A stretch of DNA of 35,273 nt from an uncultured Myxococcaceae bacterium (GTDB taxonomy: Bacteria; Myxococcota_A; UBA9160), in assembly GCA_964353695.1 (NCBI GenBank), contig CAYGXT010000001.1:1-35273 (forward strand), given 5' to 3'. Below, one piece after another: positions 17,712 to 26,562 of this stretch; positions within the stretch are counted from its first letter, which is position 1; every line of letters starts with the position of its first letter. A program made the translations under genes and the position numbers. Under the pieces are notes generated by a model. The model saw only the letters and a program-made list of their open reading frames with translations. It did not search any database and was not told the origin of the DNA.

Positions 17712-19094
17712 TTACGCTGGGCCTGTCAACCTGTCGAACAACCCCAACAACCGACCACCAGCCTGACCGTCGAGTTTCCCCCAGTCGGGTGCGCTCCTCG
17801 CCTGATGAGCAACCATTTCCTCGAAAAACCTCTCGTCGGAAGTGAGGCGGTCCAGCGTGGCAGCGAATGCGCGCTGCTCTTCCGTCGCGATCACGCCCTT
17901 CACACCGATATAATCCGGGTAGCGGTACCGGTAGACGTCATAGTTGAGAACGGGTTTGCCACAAGCAATCGCCCATTGAATCGTCGCCGAAATGCTGGCG
18001 ACGAACACGTCGCAAAGGGGCATGAGCGCAGAAATCTTGTCATCGGCGATTTTCGCTCCCCACTGTTCGATGTGCGTCCAATCCTCCCGCCTCACGGAGG
18101 GATGCAGGCTAACGATGACGTTGCACCCTCTTGGTTTCGCCAGCGATTTCATCCAGAACTCGACAAGATCGGCATAGACGCGGAAATCACAATCCTTGCG
18201 ACCCCCGCCATAGAGCTGATCGGGTGGCAGCGCCGTGAGGAGCATTCGCCGTTCAGGCGCAAGCCCGAGACGCGAGAGGAGCTCCCTTCGCTGCTGAGAC
18301 CGGTTGGCCCCTATCTCGAACATGAGGTCGTGATCCACCGAACCCGTGACAACAAGCTGTCGCTCGGGAAGCCCCTCCCGTATGCAATATTCCCGAACGG
18401 CGCCGCTCTCGAGGGCGATCGCGTCGGCGAAGCCGCTGTGTAGAATCCAGGGCTGCGGTGGTGCGAGCCCCAACCACTCGCGCGCCAGCAGCTGTCCGCT
18501 CGGAAGCGCGACCAATCTGGTGCCGCCGTGATCGTAGACCCATCTCGGGTACAGTTTCGCGGCCAGCCGGTTCGACCATCGGCGCGTCTGGTAGTCCGGG
18601 TTGCCCGACATGGCCTCCGCCCACTCGCGTCTGGCTGCCATGAACGCCGGAACGACGACGCTGGGAACCCCAGCGTCGTGGCCTGCCTTGATGTAAGCGG
18701 CGATGTCGTATCGATTGTCAGAGGGAAAGATCATGAGCGCAACCCGCTCGTTGGCGATCACGCTACGTATCTGGGCCTTCGTGCTGAGCAGCGCGTAGAG
18801 ATGGTAGAATGGCGTTCTCCAGCCTTTGGAGCCTAGAAGCTCCGCGACCCGTCTGCCCCGGCGCACCCACCCGCCGAGCTCGAAGTCGGCTGGAGCGAGA
18901 GGAGGCCCGAGAAAGCGGATGTTCTCTCTCCGGCAGATCTCCTGATCTCGATCCAATGTCGGATAGTACGAAGAAAAGCAAAACAAAGGCTCATACGTGG
19001 ATGATCGTTTCAGCAGACGGGCCGTAGGCAACAGGTTCGCGAAATAGGTATTTGTATGAACCACGAGAAGCGTGGGTTTGCGCCCCTCGTTCAT
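17712..19094 (-). CDS. Uncharacterised GT-B-like protein, candidate nonulosonate transferase (paralog B)
   Basis: Start ATG 19094 (MNEGRKPTLLVV) overlaps the upstream stop; LHPS and CDVFVASISATIQWAIACGKPVL; paralog of 9668-11287. Confidence 0.75.
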   Translation of the reverse strand: MNEGRKPTLLVVHTNTYFANLLPTARLLKRSSTYEPLFCFSSYYPTLDRDQEICRRENIRFLGPPLAPADFELGGWVRRGRRVAELLGSKGWRTPFYHLYALLSTKAQIRSVIANERVALMIFPSDNRYDIAAYIKAGHDAGVPSVVVPAFMAARREWAEAMSGNPDYQTRRWSNRLAAKLYPRWVYDHGGTRLVALPSGQLLAREWLGLAPPQPWILHSGFADAIALESGAVREYCIREGLPERQLVVTGSVDHDLMFEIGANRSQQRRELLSRLGLAPERRMLLTALPPDQLYGGGRKDCDFRVYADLVEFWMKSLAKPRGCNVIVSLHPSVRREDWTHIEQWGAKIADDKISALMPLCDVFVASISATIQWAIACGKPVLNYDVYRYRYPDYIGVKGVIATEEQRAFAATLDRLTSDERFFEEMVAHQARSAPDWGKLDGQAGGRLLGLFDRLTGPA

Positions 19095-20119
19095 GTCTTT
19101 TCCGCGAGAACTCTGACCACGCTTCCCACGCGAAGGACATTGGCCAGGGCTGGCATGTACTTTTGATCCCAGGAACCCAAGGGATGGCGTCCGCTCAGAC
19201 GATAAAGCAGTCGACAAAGCCTCTCGACGGGCCTGGATATCGGCTGCGGGTAGAGCGTCGTGAATGCGGGGGTGAAATACGTGCGAAGAACCTCCCGAAC
19301 CGAGAAGTCGAGTGACTGGTAGGTGGTCTTCCGCACTTCGAAGCCGCAGATACGCAAGACACGCGTGAGCGTCGTGGGCGACCAATAGTTCAGATGTTCG
19401 AATCCGAAGACGCAGACGTGCCGCGCCTTCACCAGCCGATAGATGAGCCCATCGATATTGGGAACTTCGATGAAGACGACACAGCCCGGGCGCGCGATGC
19501 GATGGAACTCGGCCAGCATCGCCTTGGGGTTCGGGACGTGCTCGAATACGTCGCGCATGTACACAACGTCGAACATCTCCGCCGGGAACTTCGCCGAGAA
19601 CAGGTCCGTATTGAGGATGGTGGGGCCGAGTTCGCGCCGGGTCCTTTCACAATTCTTCTCGTTGAGCTCGAGTCCGTGGATGGAGAAGCCAGCCTCCTTG
19701 GCCTTGCGCAGGAAGAAACCCTTGGCGCTGCCGATTTCCAGGAGATTGCCGCGGGCGCTACCGCGAAAGCGAAGGATCTCGCGCAGGTTCTCATCGTTGA
19801 GCTGGTCATCGAGGGGCATCGGCTCGGAGACGGCGTCGAACTTCGTCTCGTTGTAGATGGCATTCCATTCGCTGTTGTAAAACTCGTACGTCGCCCGATC
19901 ATTCAGCCTCGGATTGAGATAGACCATCGAGCAGTTTTCACATCGGGAGAAGGTGAACCAGTCCTTCTCGAAGAACAGCTTCTTTCGCGGAGAATCGCAG
20001 ACCGGACAGTCGATGTACTGCGCGACCTCCGGCTTCAATCTCTTCGAGACCGGGTCGAAACACTTCTTGTGCTGCTCCGCCAGCGCACCCCTCAATCTCT
20101 CCGCGTAGGTCAGAGTCAA
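19091..20119 (-). CDS. Class I SAM-dependent methyltransferase with N-terminal Zn ribbon
   Basis: CPVC...CENC, LLEIGSAKG, DVFEHVPNP, IEVPN, EHLNYWS; TTG start preceded by GGAGG. Confidence 0.85.
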   Translation of the reverse strand: MTLTYAERLRGALAEQHKKCFDPVSKRLKPEVAQYIDCPVCDSPRKKLFFEKDWFTFSRCENCSMVYLNPRLNDRATYEFYNSEWNAIYNETKFDAVSEPMPLDDQLNDENLREILRFRGSARGNLLEIGSAKGFFLRKAKEAGFSIHGLELNEKNCERTRRELGPTILNTDLFSAKFPAEMFDVVYMRDVFEHVPNPKAMLAEFHRIARPGCVVFIEVPNIDGLIYRLVKARHVCVFGFEHLNYWSPTTLTRVLRICGFEVRKTTYQSLDFSVREVLRTYFTPAFTTLYPQPISRPVERLCRLLYRLSGRHPLGSWDQKYMPALANVLRVGSVVRVLAEKT

Positions 20120-20198
20120 AGGAACCTCCTGCGGTCACGAAGAAGCGATGCTGGCGATCATCCCAAACCTACCCGGGTTCCGGAGAAGACCGCGCGGC

Positions 20199-21548
20199 TC
20201 ACCGCTGCATTAGGCGCGTCGGGAGAATCTGTTTGATCCTCTTCTTCACAGAAGGAGGGAGCTTGCGCGATGCAAGAGAGATCGTCGCATCCAAGAGGTT
20301 AGAAGATCTCCCCCTACGAGCGACCCTCTTCATCGAGGTGTACGAGCCATACAAGTCGAGGGGCTCTCTCGACTTCCTGATGAACTCCGAATTGATGTGA
20401 AGCCCTGTGGGCTTCCCCCTCTTTTCGAAGACCAGGAAGACGTGGCTCGTTTGAAGATCCTCGATGCACACATCTGGTCTGAATCGCCGTATGTTCGAGA
20501 CTACCTCACCCAGGTAGGAGGTACCGAAGCACCTCTCCAGATAGTTCGGCGACAGCCTAGACCGTGGATCATGGTCTTGATTCTGTATGCAGCGCTCGTA
20601 ACCCAAAAGGGTGAGCCCATTCTTGCTGGCCGTTTCGATGTAGTTGCTGACAGTTGGATGCGTCGAGTCGATTACCTCGTATAGACGACACATTTCTGAA
20701 AAGTGCTCGGGGTGAAACTCCTGGCAGTATCGTACCCAGTCGTCCTTGTCCAACCTGCAATGGGAATAGGGGAAATGACCCACAAGCGTGGTCGAGTTGA
20801 TCGGATACCACCACAGGTTCACATATACAAAGAAGACGCCTCGATCTGTAAGAAGATCTGCCACCTTCCTCATCAGATCTTCCGCGGAGAAGCAGCACAG
20901 GCTGCAAAATGACGTGATCAGATCATGCTTCTGATCGTATTTGTAGATGTCTGAGATCGCGAGTCCGTCCAGATCAATGCGATCGGTCGTCACGCGGGGA
21001 AAGAAATTCGACGCATTCATCAAGAATCCGAATTCGGGATGCGAGGCTCTCCGCGCCCAATCGATCGGCTCGGACTCGAACATGTGCAGCCCGTTCAACT
21101 GCTTCTTCAACTGGTCGATTCTTTTCGTCCACGACAACGCACTCTCGTTTTCGAGAATCTCCCGAGATGATATGAAATGCGTCCTGTCGGCGAGATCGAG
21201 GCCGAACGCCTTGACGACCATGCCGTACGCCTTCATCAAGCGGGGCATGATCCCATAGCCCGTACCGATGTCGAGTACGGAATCGAACCTTCTGGAGACG
21301 CCATACTTCTCCAGCATCTCGAGCATCTTTGCGGTTCTGGCGTGTCGCGCCAGATAGGCCGCGCCCTGGATGGGCGGCGTCCTGCCGTCCTGCTTATCCT
21401 GTCCCTGCTGCCTCAAATACTCCGAGAAATCGTCATAAATCTGTATTACGTCCTTGTACTGAGCGATCAAGTCGGAAAACAGATCGTAGTACCCATCAAT
21501 ACATTCGATCTTGTCTCCGTATCGTGTAACGAAGAAATCCTCCTTCAT
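20199..21548 (-). CDS. Class I SAM-dependent methyltransferase-like protein, lower GC
   Basis: VLDIGTGYG motif I, FGLD, HDLITSF, LLTDRGVF; strong purine-rich RBS. Confidence 0.7.
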   Translation of the reverse strand: MKEDFFVTRYGDKIECIDGYYDLFSDLIAQYKDVIQIYDDFSEYLRQQGQDKQDGRTPPIQGAAYLARHARTAKMLEMLEKYGVSRRFDSVLDIGTGYGIMPRLMKAYGMVVKAFGLDLADRTHFISSREILENESALSWTKRIDQLKKQLNGLHMFESEPIDWARRASHPEFGFLMNASNFFPRVTTDRIDLDGLAISDIYKYDQKHDLITSFCSLCCFSAEDLMRKVADLLTDRGVFFVYVNLWWYPINSTTLVGHFPYSHCRLDKDDWVRYCQEFHPEHFSEMCRLYEVIDSTHPTVSNYIETASKNGLTLLGYERCIQNQDHDPRSRLSPNYLERCFGTSYLGEVVSNIRRFRPDVCIEDLQTSHVFLVFEKRGKPTGLHINSEFIRKSREPLDLYGSYTSMKRVARRGRSSNLLDATISLASRKLPPSVKKRIKQILPTRLMQR

Positions 21549-21685
21549 GACCCTCCCCTATCCTGCTCCCGAGTTGCAGTGAGCACCAATGTCCGTAAGA
21601 CAGCGGGTTGGCGAATGCTCGCCATCGTACGCTCTACGTCGCCCTCGACAAAGAACTCAGACCGCCGGGCGTCCGGAATAGACCC

Positions 21686-23275
21686 TCAGCTGCTACGTAC
21701 CATCGCTACGAGGCTTTCGCCCAGCCCCTCTATGTTCTCACCCTCACCAATCTCGCAACCAGGACGCCCATCGTCGTCGACGAAGCCCTGGATGCCGACC
21801 CTCTCGACAGCTCTCAGAAACAGCCGAACTTTCCGCGCATCCGGCCTCGCCCCTGAGCGGATCGACTCAACTCCTGCGCATAGCCCCTCCAATCGCCGAG
21901 CATCGAACACTCCGTCGCATCCCTGATACCATGCTAAGCCGAAGCACAGCACCGGAACACCGCGCGCGATGGCTTCCCAGCCCGATGTTCCCGTCACAGT
22001 CGCCACTGCCCGCGCATTGTCGATCAGGTCGAAGGGGTTGGTATCGAGTGGGACCAGCCGAACATTCGGAAGGGCAGTCATCCTCTCGTAGCCGAACAGC
22101 CGGCGTCCACGCTCGCCGACCTGCCATGAACGAAACAACGATGGGTGTTCCTTGACCAGGATCAACCACTCGGATGGGACGACGCGAGCAACTGCTTCGA
22201 TCATCAGTTCACAATGGTCGTAGATCCCCCCGTTGGGTGCCGTAGAGCGTTCGGGCTGGACGTGGAGCGGCAGATAGACGTACGGCACCGACAGCTCGGC
22301 CGGTGTAACCAGACGATCATACTCGATTCGAAGATCAGCTAGCCGCTGGCTCACCCAGCTACCATGCTGCGCCTCTTCCTCAGCAGTCGCCTCGCCGACG
22401 ACAAGAAACCGCCCATGATAGTGGCCCGCGATCCGCCGGCCTGTGGGCGTCTGAGGGGGATCGCGGCGCCCGATCTGTCTCACGATCTTTCGCAGGTAGC
22501 TCGGATACCGGCTCACCCTCACGATCTTCGCGAAATCCGACAAGCGACGCCGCTGTGTCGTGCCAGGCGTCTTCTCTCGAGCCGTGGGAACTGCGTCGCA
22601 CGGTGCGACAACCCGAGGGAAGGCATAGACCCCACGAGTCCGATCCAGGTATTCCTGGGCCCGGTCCGAAAGCAGGAAGTCGTCGCCGTTCGAGCTTACG
22701 AGCAACTGGGCGTAGGCCGCTACGAGGCCAGGGAAACCCTCCTCGAACCTCGGTGTGGGCAATAGCAGGCCAGGGATGCTGCTGTTCTCGAACATCGCCG
22801 TTCGGATGCCCCGCCGCCTGCACAATGCATAAGCGATGTAGTCGTAGTGTACATGGGGAGCGGTCGGGATGATCATGATGTCGGGCTTGATGTAATCGAG
22901 GAGCGCCGACCACCAAGCGGTCAGGCGATGAAATAGGCGAACACGATCGTGGTAGCTGAAGCTTTCCTCCAGCTCAATCCTGTCCATCATCTTGAGCGCC
23001 AGCGCCTGCTCGTAAGACAATGCCTCCGCCATCGCTTCATCGAACGGGCGTGGCACCAGGCCCGCAAGCGCGGCCGGCGGCCTCCCAAGCCGCGCATCGA
23101 CCGTGTCGTGAAAGATGATTCCCGGAAACCTGGATTCGACCAGGCGACCAAACACCGGTCCATCGCCAACCCAATAGACGAAATCCCAGCCATGACGCTC
23201 GGCGAGGCGCGCCGCCATGTCGATGTGGAACGGCAGGTTCCATTCCAGCGCCAGAATGCGAGGGCGCGTCGGCAC
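21686..23275 (-). CDS. Capsule polysaccharide biosynthesis (KpsS-like) protein, probable CMP-ulosonate transferase
   Basis: YVYLPLHVQPERST, LVKEHP, VATVTGTSGWEAIARGVPV..FG.AWY, typical of the KpsC/KpsS-like C-terminal domain. Confidence 0.72.
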   Translation of the reverse strand: MPTRPRILALEWNLPFHIDMAARLAERHGWDFVYWVGDGPVFGRLVESRFPGIIFHDTVDARLGRPPAALAGLVPRPFDEAMAEALSYEQALALKMMDRIELEESFSYHDRVRLFHRLTAWWSALLDYIKPDIMIIPTAPHVHYDYIAYALCRRRGIRTAMFENSSIPGLLLPTPRFEEGFPGLVAAYAQLLVSSNGDDFLLSDRAQEYLDRTRGVYAFPRVVAPCDAVPTAREKTPGTTQRRRLSDFAKIVRVSRYPSYLRKIVRQIGRRDPPQTPTGRRIAGHYHGRFLVVGEATAEEEAQHGSWVSQRLADLRIEYDRLVTPAELSVPYVYLPLHVQPERSTAPNGGIYDHCELMIEAVARVVPSEWLILVKEHPSLFRSWQVGERGRRLFGYERMTALPNVRLVPLDTNPFDLIDNARAVATVTGTSGWEAIARGVPVLCFGLAWYQGCDGVFDARRLEGLCAGVESIRSGARPDARKVRLFLRAVERVGIQGFVDDDGRPGCEIGEGENIEGLGESLVAMVRSS

Positions 23276-23298
23276 CGGACGGAGCGGGAGCCGATTTG

Positions 23299-24360
23299 TC
23301 AGAACTTGCCTCTGGGCGGCAGGGCCACCTCACGCAGCAGCGGCTGCGGCTTGATACCGAGCGACGCGGGCGGCGCCACGCGGCAGTTGCGGCAGACGAT
23401 GTCGAAATCGCGCCCTTCCTTGAACTGCCGACGCAGCTCCTTCTGCTGCTCGCCGTTGAACACTCCGCCAACCGTGTCGCCGTCTGCGATGCGGCCGAAT
23501 ACGAGATGTTTGTTGTAGAAGGAACAGCAAGGGCGGATATCACCCTTCGCGTTCAGCGTCACCGACTGAAACGGATAGTGGCACCAGAAAGGCTCGACTG
23601 GATAGTCGTACAGAGCGTCGAGACGGGAGTGATCGATGCAATCCTGGAACTCGACATAGTCGACGATCGGCGCCCACTTCGCAGCGAAGCTCTCGATCTC
23701 GTGCGAATTGAGTTCCGACTTGACAAAGCTGCAGCGCACGATTGGCAGCAACGAGCCCATCTCCTCGCGGATTCGCATGAAGCTGCGCACGTTGCGTTCG
23801 ACGTGTTCGAGATTACCGCCGCGCGTCTTCGTGTAGGTCTCTTGAGTGCTGGCATCGAGCGAGATGTGCAGCTTCGTGACTCCGGCCTCGATCAGGCGAC
23901 GCGCGCGATCGGGAGTGAGATACACGGCGTTGGTCGTGACGATGATGTCACAGATGCCCTTGGAGTCGATGTAGGCAATCCTGCTCTCGAGTGTCTTGTC
24001 GAGTAGCGGCTCACCAGAATCGAAGCCGATGGCGCCAAGTCCTTTCGTACCTTCGGCGAATTCGTCGACGACGCGCCGGAAGGCTGCTTCGTCGATCCGG
24101 GTACCGTCCCCCCGGTCGACCACCCGCGGGCAGTACGGGCACGCATAGTTGCAGTAGTCGATCGTCTCGATGGATAGATCGACCGGGTAGTCGAGGTCGA
24201 TCTCGCCCCGCCCAGAGGCCTCGAAGAGCCGCCGGTATTCACGAAAGCGCTCGCCCTTGACCTTCGCGATTACTTCGTTCGGGTCATCGTATTTCGAGAT
24301 ACGGTCCTGGCGATGACGGCGGCTACGGGTAAAAGTGCTCGGTGTCGTTGCGTCAGCCAT
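23299..24360 (-). CDS. Radical SAM protein with SPASM/twitch-type C-terminal domain
   Basis: CNYACPYC (CxxxCxxC), GEPLL, TTNA, ISLDA..ETY...RGG, C-terminal CHYPF...GDIRPCC...CRNC. Confidence 0.88.
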   Translation of the reverse strand: MADATTPSTFTRSRRHRQDRISKYDDPNEVIAKVKGERFREYRRLFEASGRGEIDLDYPVDLSIETIDYCNYACPYCPRVVDRGDGTRIDEAAFRRVVDEFAEGTKGLGAIGFDSGEPLLDKTLESRIAYIDSKGICDIIVTTNAVYLTPDRARRLIEAGVTKLHISLDASTQETYTKTRGGNLEHVERNVRSFMRIREEMGSLLPIVRCSFVKSELNSHEIESFAAKWAPIVDYVEFQDCIDHSRLDALYDYPVEPFWCHYPFQSVTLNAKGDIRPCCSFYNKHLVFGRIADGDTVGGVFNGEQQKELRRQFKEGRDFDIVCRNCRVAPPASLGIKPQPLLREVALPPRGKF

Positions 24361-24648
24361 GGTGATGCCCGGGAATATTCGGCCAAGGATTGGCGCTCTC
24401 GCGTCGGGTGGCTAGCAATAGCAAGAAGGCGGAGCGAGGGCCATCGCTCGGTGGCCACGAGCGGCGGTGCGGAGCGCGTACGCCCAGGGCGCCGCGAGAG
24501 TCTCCAGACCCGACCGCCCCGAGGGCAAGGCGCATGGGGTCCAGTTCTCGGACGTGCGGGAGCCGATCGGGCGCCAGGCCGTGGCGGTTTTCTACAGATC
24601 GCTGCGCTGCTTCGCGGCCGCGAGTGTGGCTTCGCCCAGCTCTTCCCG

Positions 24649-25341
24649 TCACTTTCTATGGCTCTCCCGATTCGCATACCAGCACGCCAGTTCGTAGTCG
24701 GCCTGCTCGTCGATGTCGATCGATTGCTCGCGCGGCATGATGTAGCCACGCAGACGGGGTCCGTAGAACGACCGCTGCCTCCGGAACTCCGCGACCCGCG
24801 CCACGTAGGTGCTTCCATTGTCCACCACGAGCGGTTCCAGCTCGCTTACTCGCAGATTCACGAGTTCTGGCCACATGGGAGACAACGTACCGTCCCCCAT
24901 GACCCGGAGCGCCTGGTGCGGGGCAAGCGCATACGTCGTCGCGGCAAGCGCGAACGAATGTGCGTCGTCGATCAGTTCGACCACCGCAGCGATGTCCGCA
25001 GCGCGGCGAAGCGGAGCCGTCGCATACAGGCAGCCGAATACTTCGTACACTCGCCCCCGCCGCTCCTCCTCCGCCAGCACCTCGAGGCACACTTCGACTA
25101 CCGTGGCCGTGTCGCTCGCGAGCGCCGCAGAACGCGCGTGCGTCCCGGCTCCCGCGCATCGCGCAACTCCAGCAATCTCGTCGTCCTCGGTGGAGACGAC
25201 CACTCGATCGAAGCATTCACTCGCCAGGGCCTGCTCGATCGTATGCGCAAGCATCGGTCTGCCGAGGAATGGCAGGATGTTCTTCCTCGGCAATCGCTTC
25301 GATCCGCCGCGGGCCGGAATGATCGCGAGTCGCCCCGTCAT
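24649..25341 (-). CDS. pseF: CMP-nonulosonate synthetase (acylneuraminate cytidylyltransferase, PseF-like)
   Basis: AIIPARGGSKRLPRKN, VVSTEDDEIA, CLYATAPL, DNGSTY, IDIDEQAD; start ATG 25341 overlaps the pseC stop. Confidence 0.85.
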   Translation of the reverse strand: MTGRLAIIPARGGSKRLPRKNILPFLGRPMLAHTIEQALASECFDRVVVSTEDDEIAGVARCAGAGTHARSAALASDTATVVEVCLEVLAEEERRGRVYEVFGCLYATAPLRRAADIAAVVELIDDAHSFALAATTYALAPHQALRVMGDGTLSPMWPELVNLRVSELEPLVVDNGSTYVARVAEFRRQRSFYGPRLRGYIMPREQSIDIDEQADYELACWYANRESHRK

Positions 25342-26558
25342 CGCTGCTGCAAGACGTCTCCGAGGCTTTCGACGACGTGAGTGACGTCTCCGTCCGCCAT
25401 GGAGGGGAACAGCGGTAGCGAAAGCTCCCGCTCGTAATAGGCATCGGCTCCCGGCAGGCACAGCTCACCATACCGCTCACGGTAGTAGGGCTGCCGATGC
25501 ACCGGGATGTAGTGAACCTGCGTTCCAACACCTCGCGCCTTCAGACCTGCCATGACCTTCTGCCGGCTCATGCCGGACATCGCAAAATTGATCAGGACGG
25601 CGTACAGGTGAGGCGCCGGGTTGCAGCCTGGTACGGGAGGCACCGGCCGCACGAGCGGCGCGAGCCCTTCGAGCGCGCGATCGTAGAGCGCCGCCAGGGC
25701 GCGCCGTCGCGCGACGAACCGGTCGAGCTTGGCGAGTTGGCTCAATCCGAGCGCGCACAATATATCAGGCAGTCGATAGTTGAACCCTGGCTCGTGCATC
25801 TCGTAGTACCACGAGTTCGGCGTGCCATCATGGCCGAACGCAAGCGCTCGATCTCTCAGCAGATCCGGGTAGCGCACCACTCCATGGCTCCGCTGTTGCC
25901 GCATGCGATCGGCCAACCTCGCGTCGTTCGTGGTCACCATGCCGCCCTCACCCACTGCGATCGTCTTCACTGGATGAAACGAGAATGCAGCAAGGCACCC
26001 GTAACGACCGTCTCCGACCCGTGCTGTGCCCCCCCCTGCGTCGTCGTAGGTCGTCCCGAGCGCATGACATGCATCCTCGATGATCGGCAGACCTTTCTCC
26101 CGGCCGACGCCGGAGATCTCGGCCAGGGGGGCCGTCCGACCCGAAAGATGCACGGGCATGATCGCCTTGACGTTTCGACCGATCCGCTGCGCGCCGTCGA
26201 TCGCCTCCCTCAGTGTCGCTTCCGTCATCAGGCCGCGATCTGGATCGACATCCGCAAACTGCACATCGGCACCAACCAGGCGCGCGACGTTGGCCGAAGC
26301 AACGAACGTCATGGAGGGAACCACCAGCCAATCCCCGGGACCGAGACCGAGCGCGATGGTCGACAGATGCAGCGCAGCCGTTCCGCTATTGCATGCGACT
26401 GCATGCGACGCGCCTACTCGCTGCGCGAACGCGCCCTCGAAGGCTGCGACCGTTGGCCCCGTAGTGAGGTACCCGGCACGCAGAGCGGCAGCCACGGCAG
26501 CGATGTCGTCTTCTTCGATCGTCTGCCGTCCATAGGGCAGGAACGGTGACGTTGCCAT
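25338..26558 (-). CDS. pseC: UDP-4-amino-4,6-dideoxy-N-acetyl-L-altrosamine transaminase
   Basis: LPYGRQTIEEDDI, YLTTGP, EDACHALG, FSFHPVKTIAVGEGG, WYYEM..PGFNYRLPDI, GTQVHYIPVH. Confidence 0.9.
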   Translation of the reverse strand: MATSPFLPYGRQTIEEDDIAAVAAALRAGYLTTGPTVAAFEGAFAQRVGASHAVACNSGTAALHLSTIALGLGPGDWLVVPSMTFVASANVARLVGADVQFADVDPDRGLMTEATLREAIDGAQRIGRNVKAIMPVHLSGRTAPLAEISGVGREKGLPIIEDACHALGTTYDDAGGGTARVGDGRYGCLAAFSFHPVKTIAVGEGGMVTTNDARLADRMRQQRSHGVVRYPDLLRDRALAFGHDGTPNSWYYEMHEPGFNYRLPDILCALGLSQLAKLDRFVARRRALAALYDRALEGLAPLVRPVPPVPGCNPAPHLYAVLINFAMSGMSRQKVMAGLKARGVGTQVHYIPVHRQPYYRERYGELCLPGADAYYERELSLPLFPSMADGDVTHVVESLGDVLQQR

Positions 26559-26562
26559 CGCA

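Noticed and set aside
24353-24652. 99-aa ORF between pseF and the radical SAM gene as a RiPP precursor
   Set aside because: Arg/Pro/Gly-rich composition typical of non-coding high-GC DNA, with no leader/core pattern and no peptidase, RRE or transporter; not fully excluded because it overlaps both neighbours
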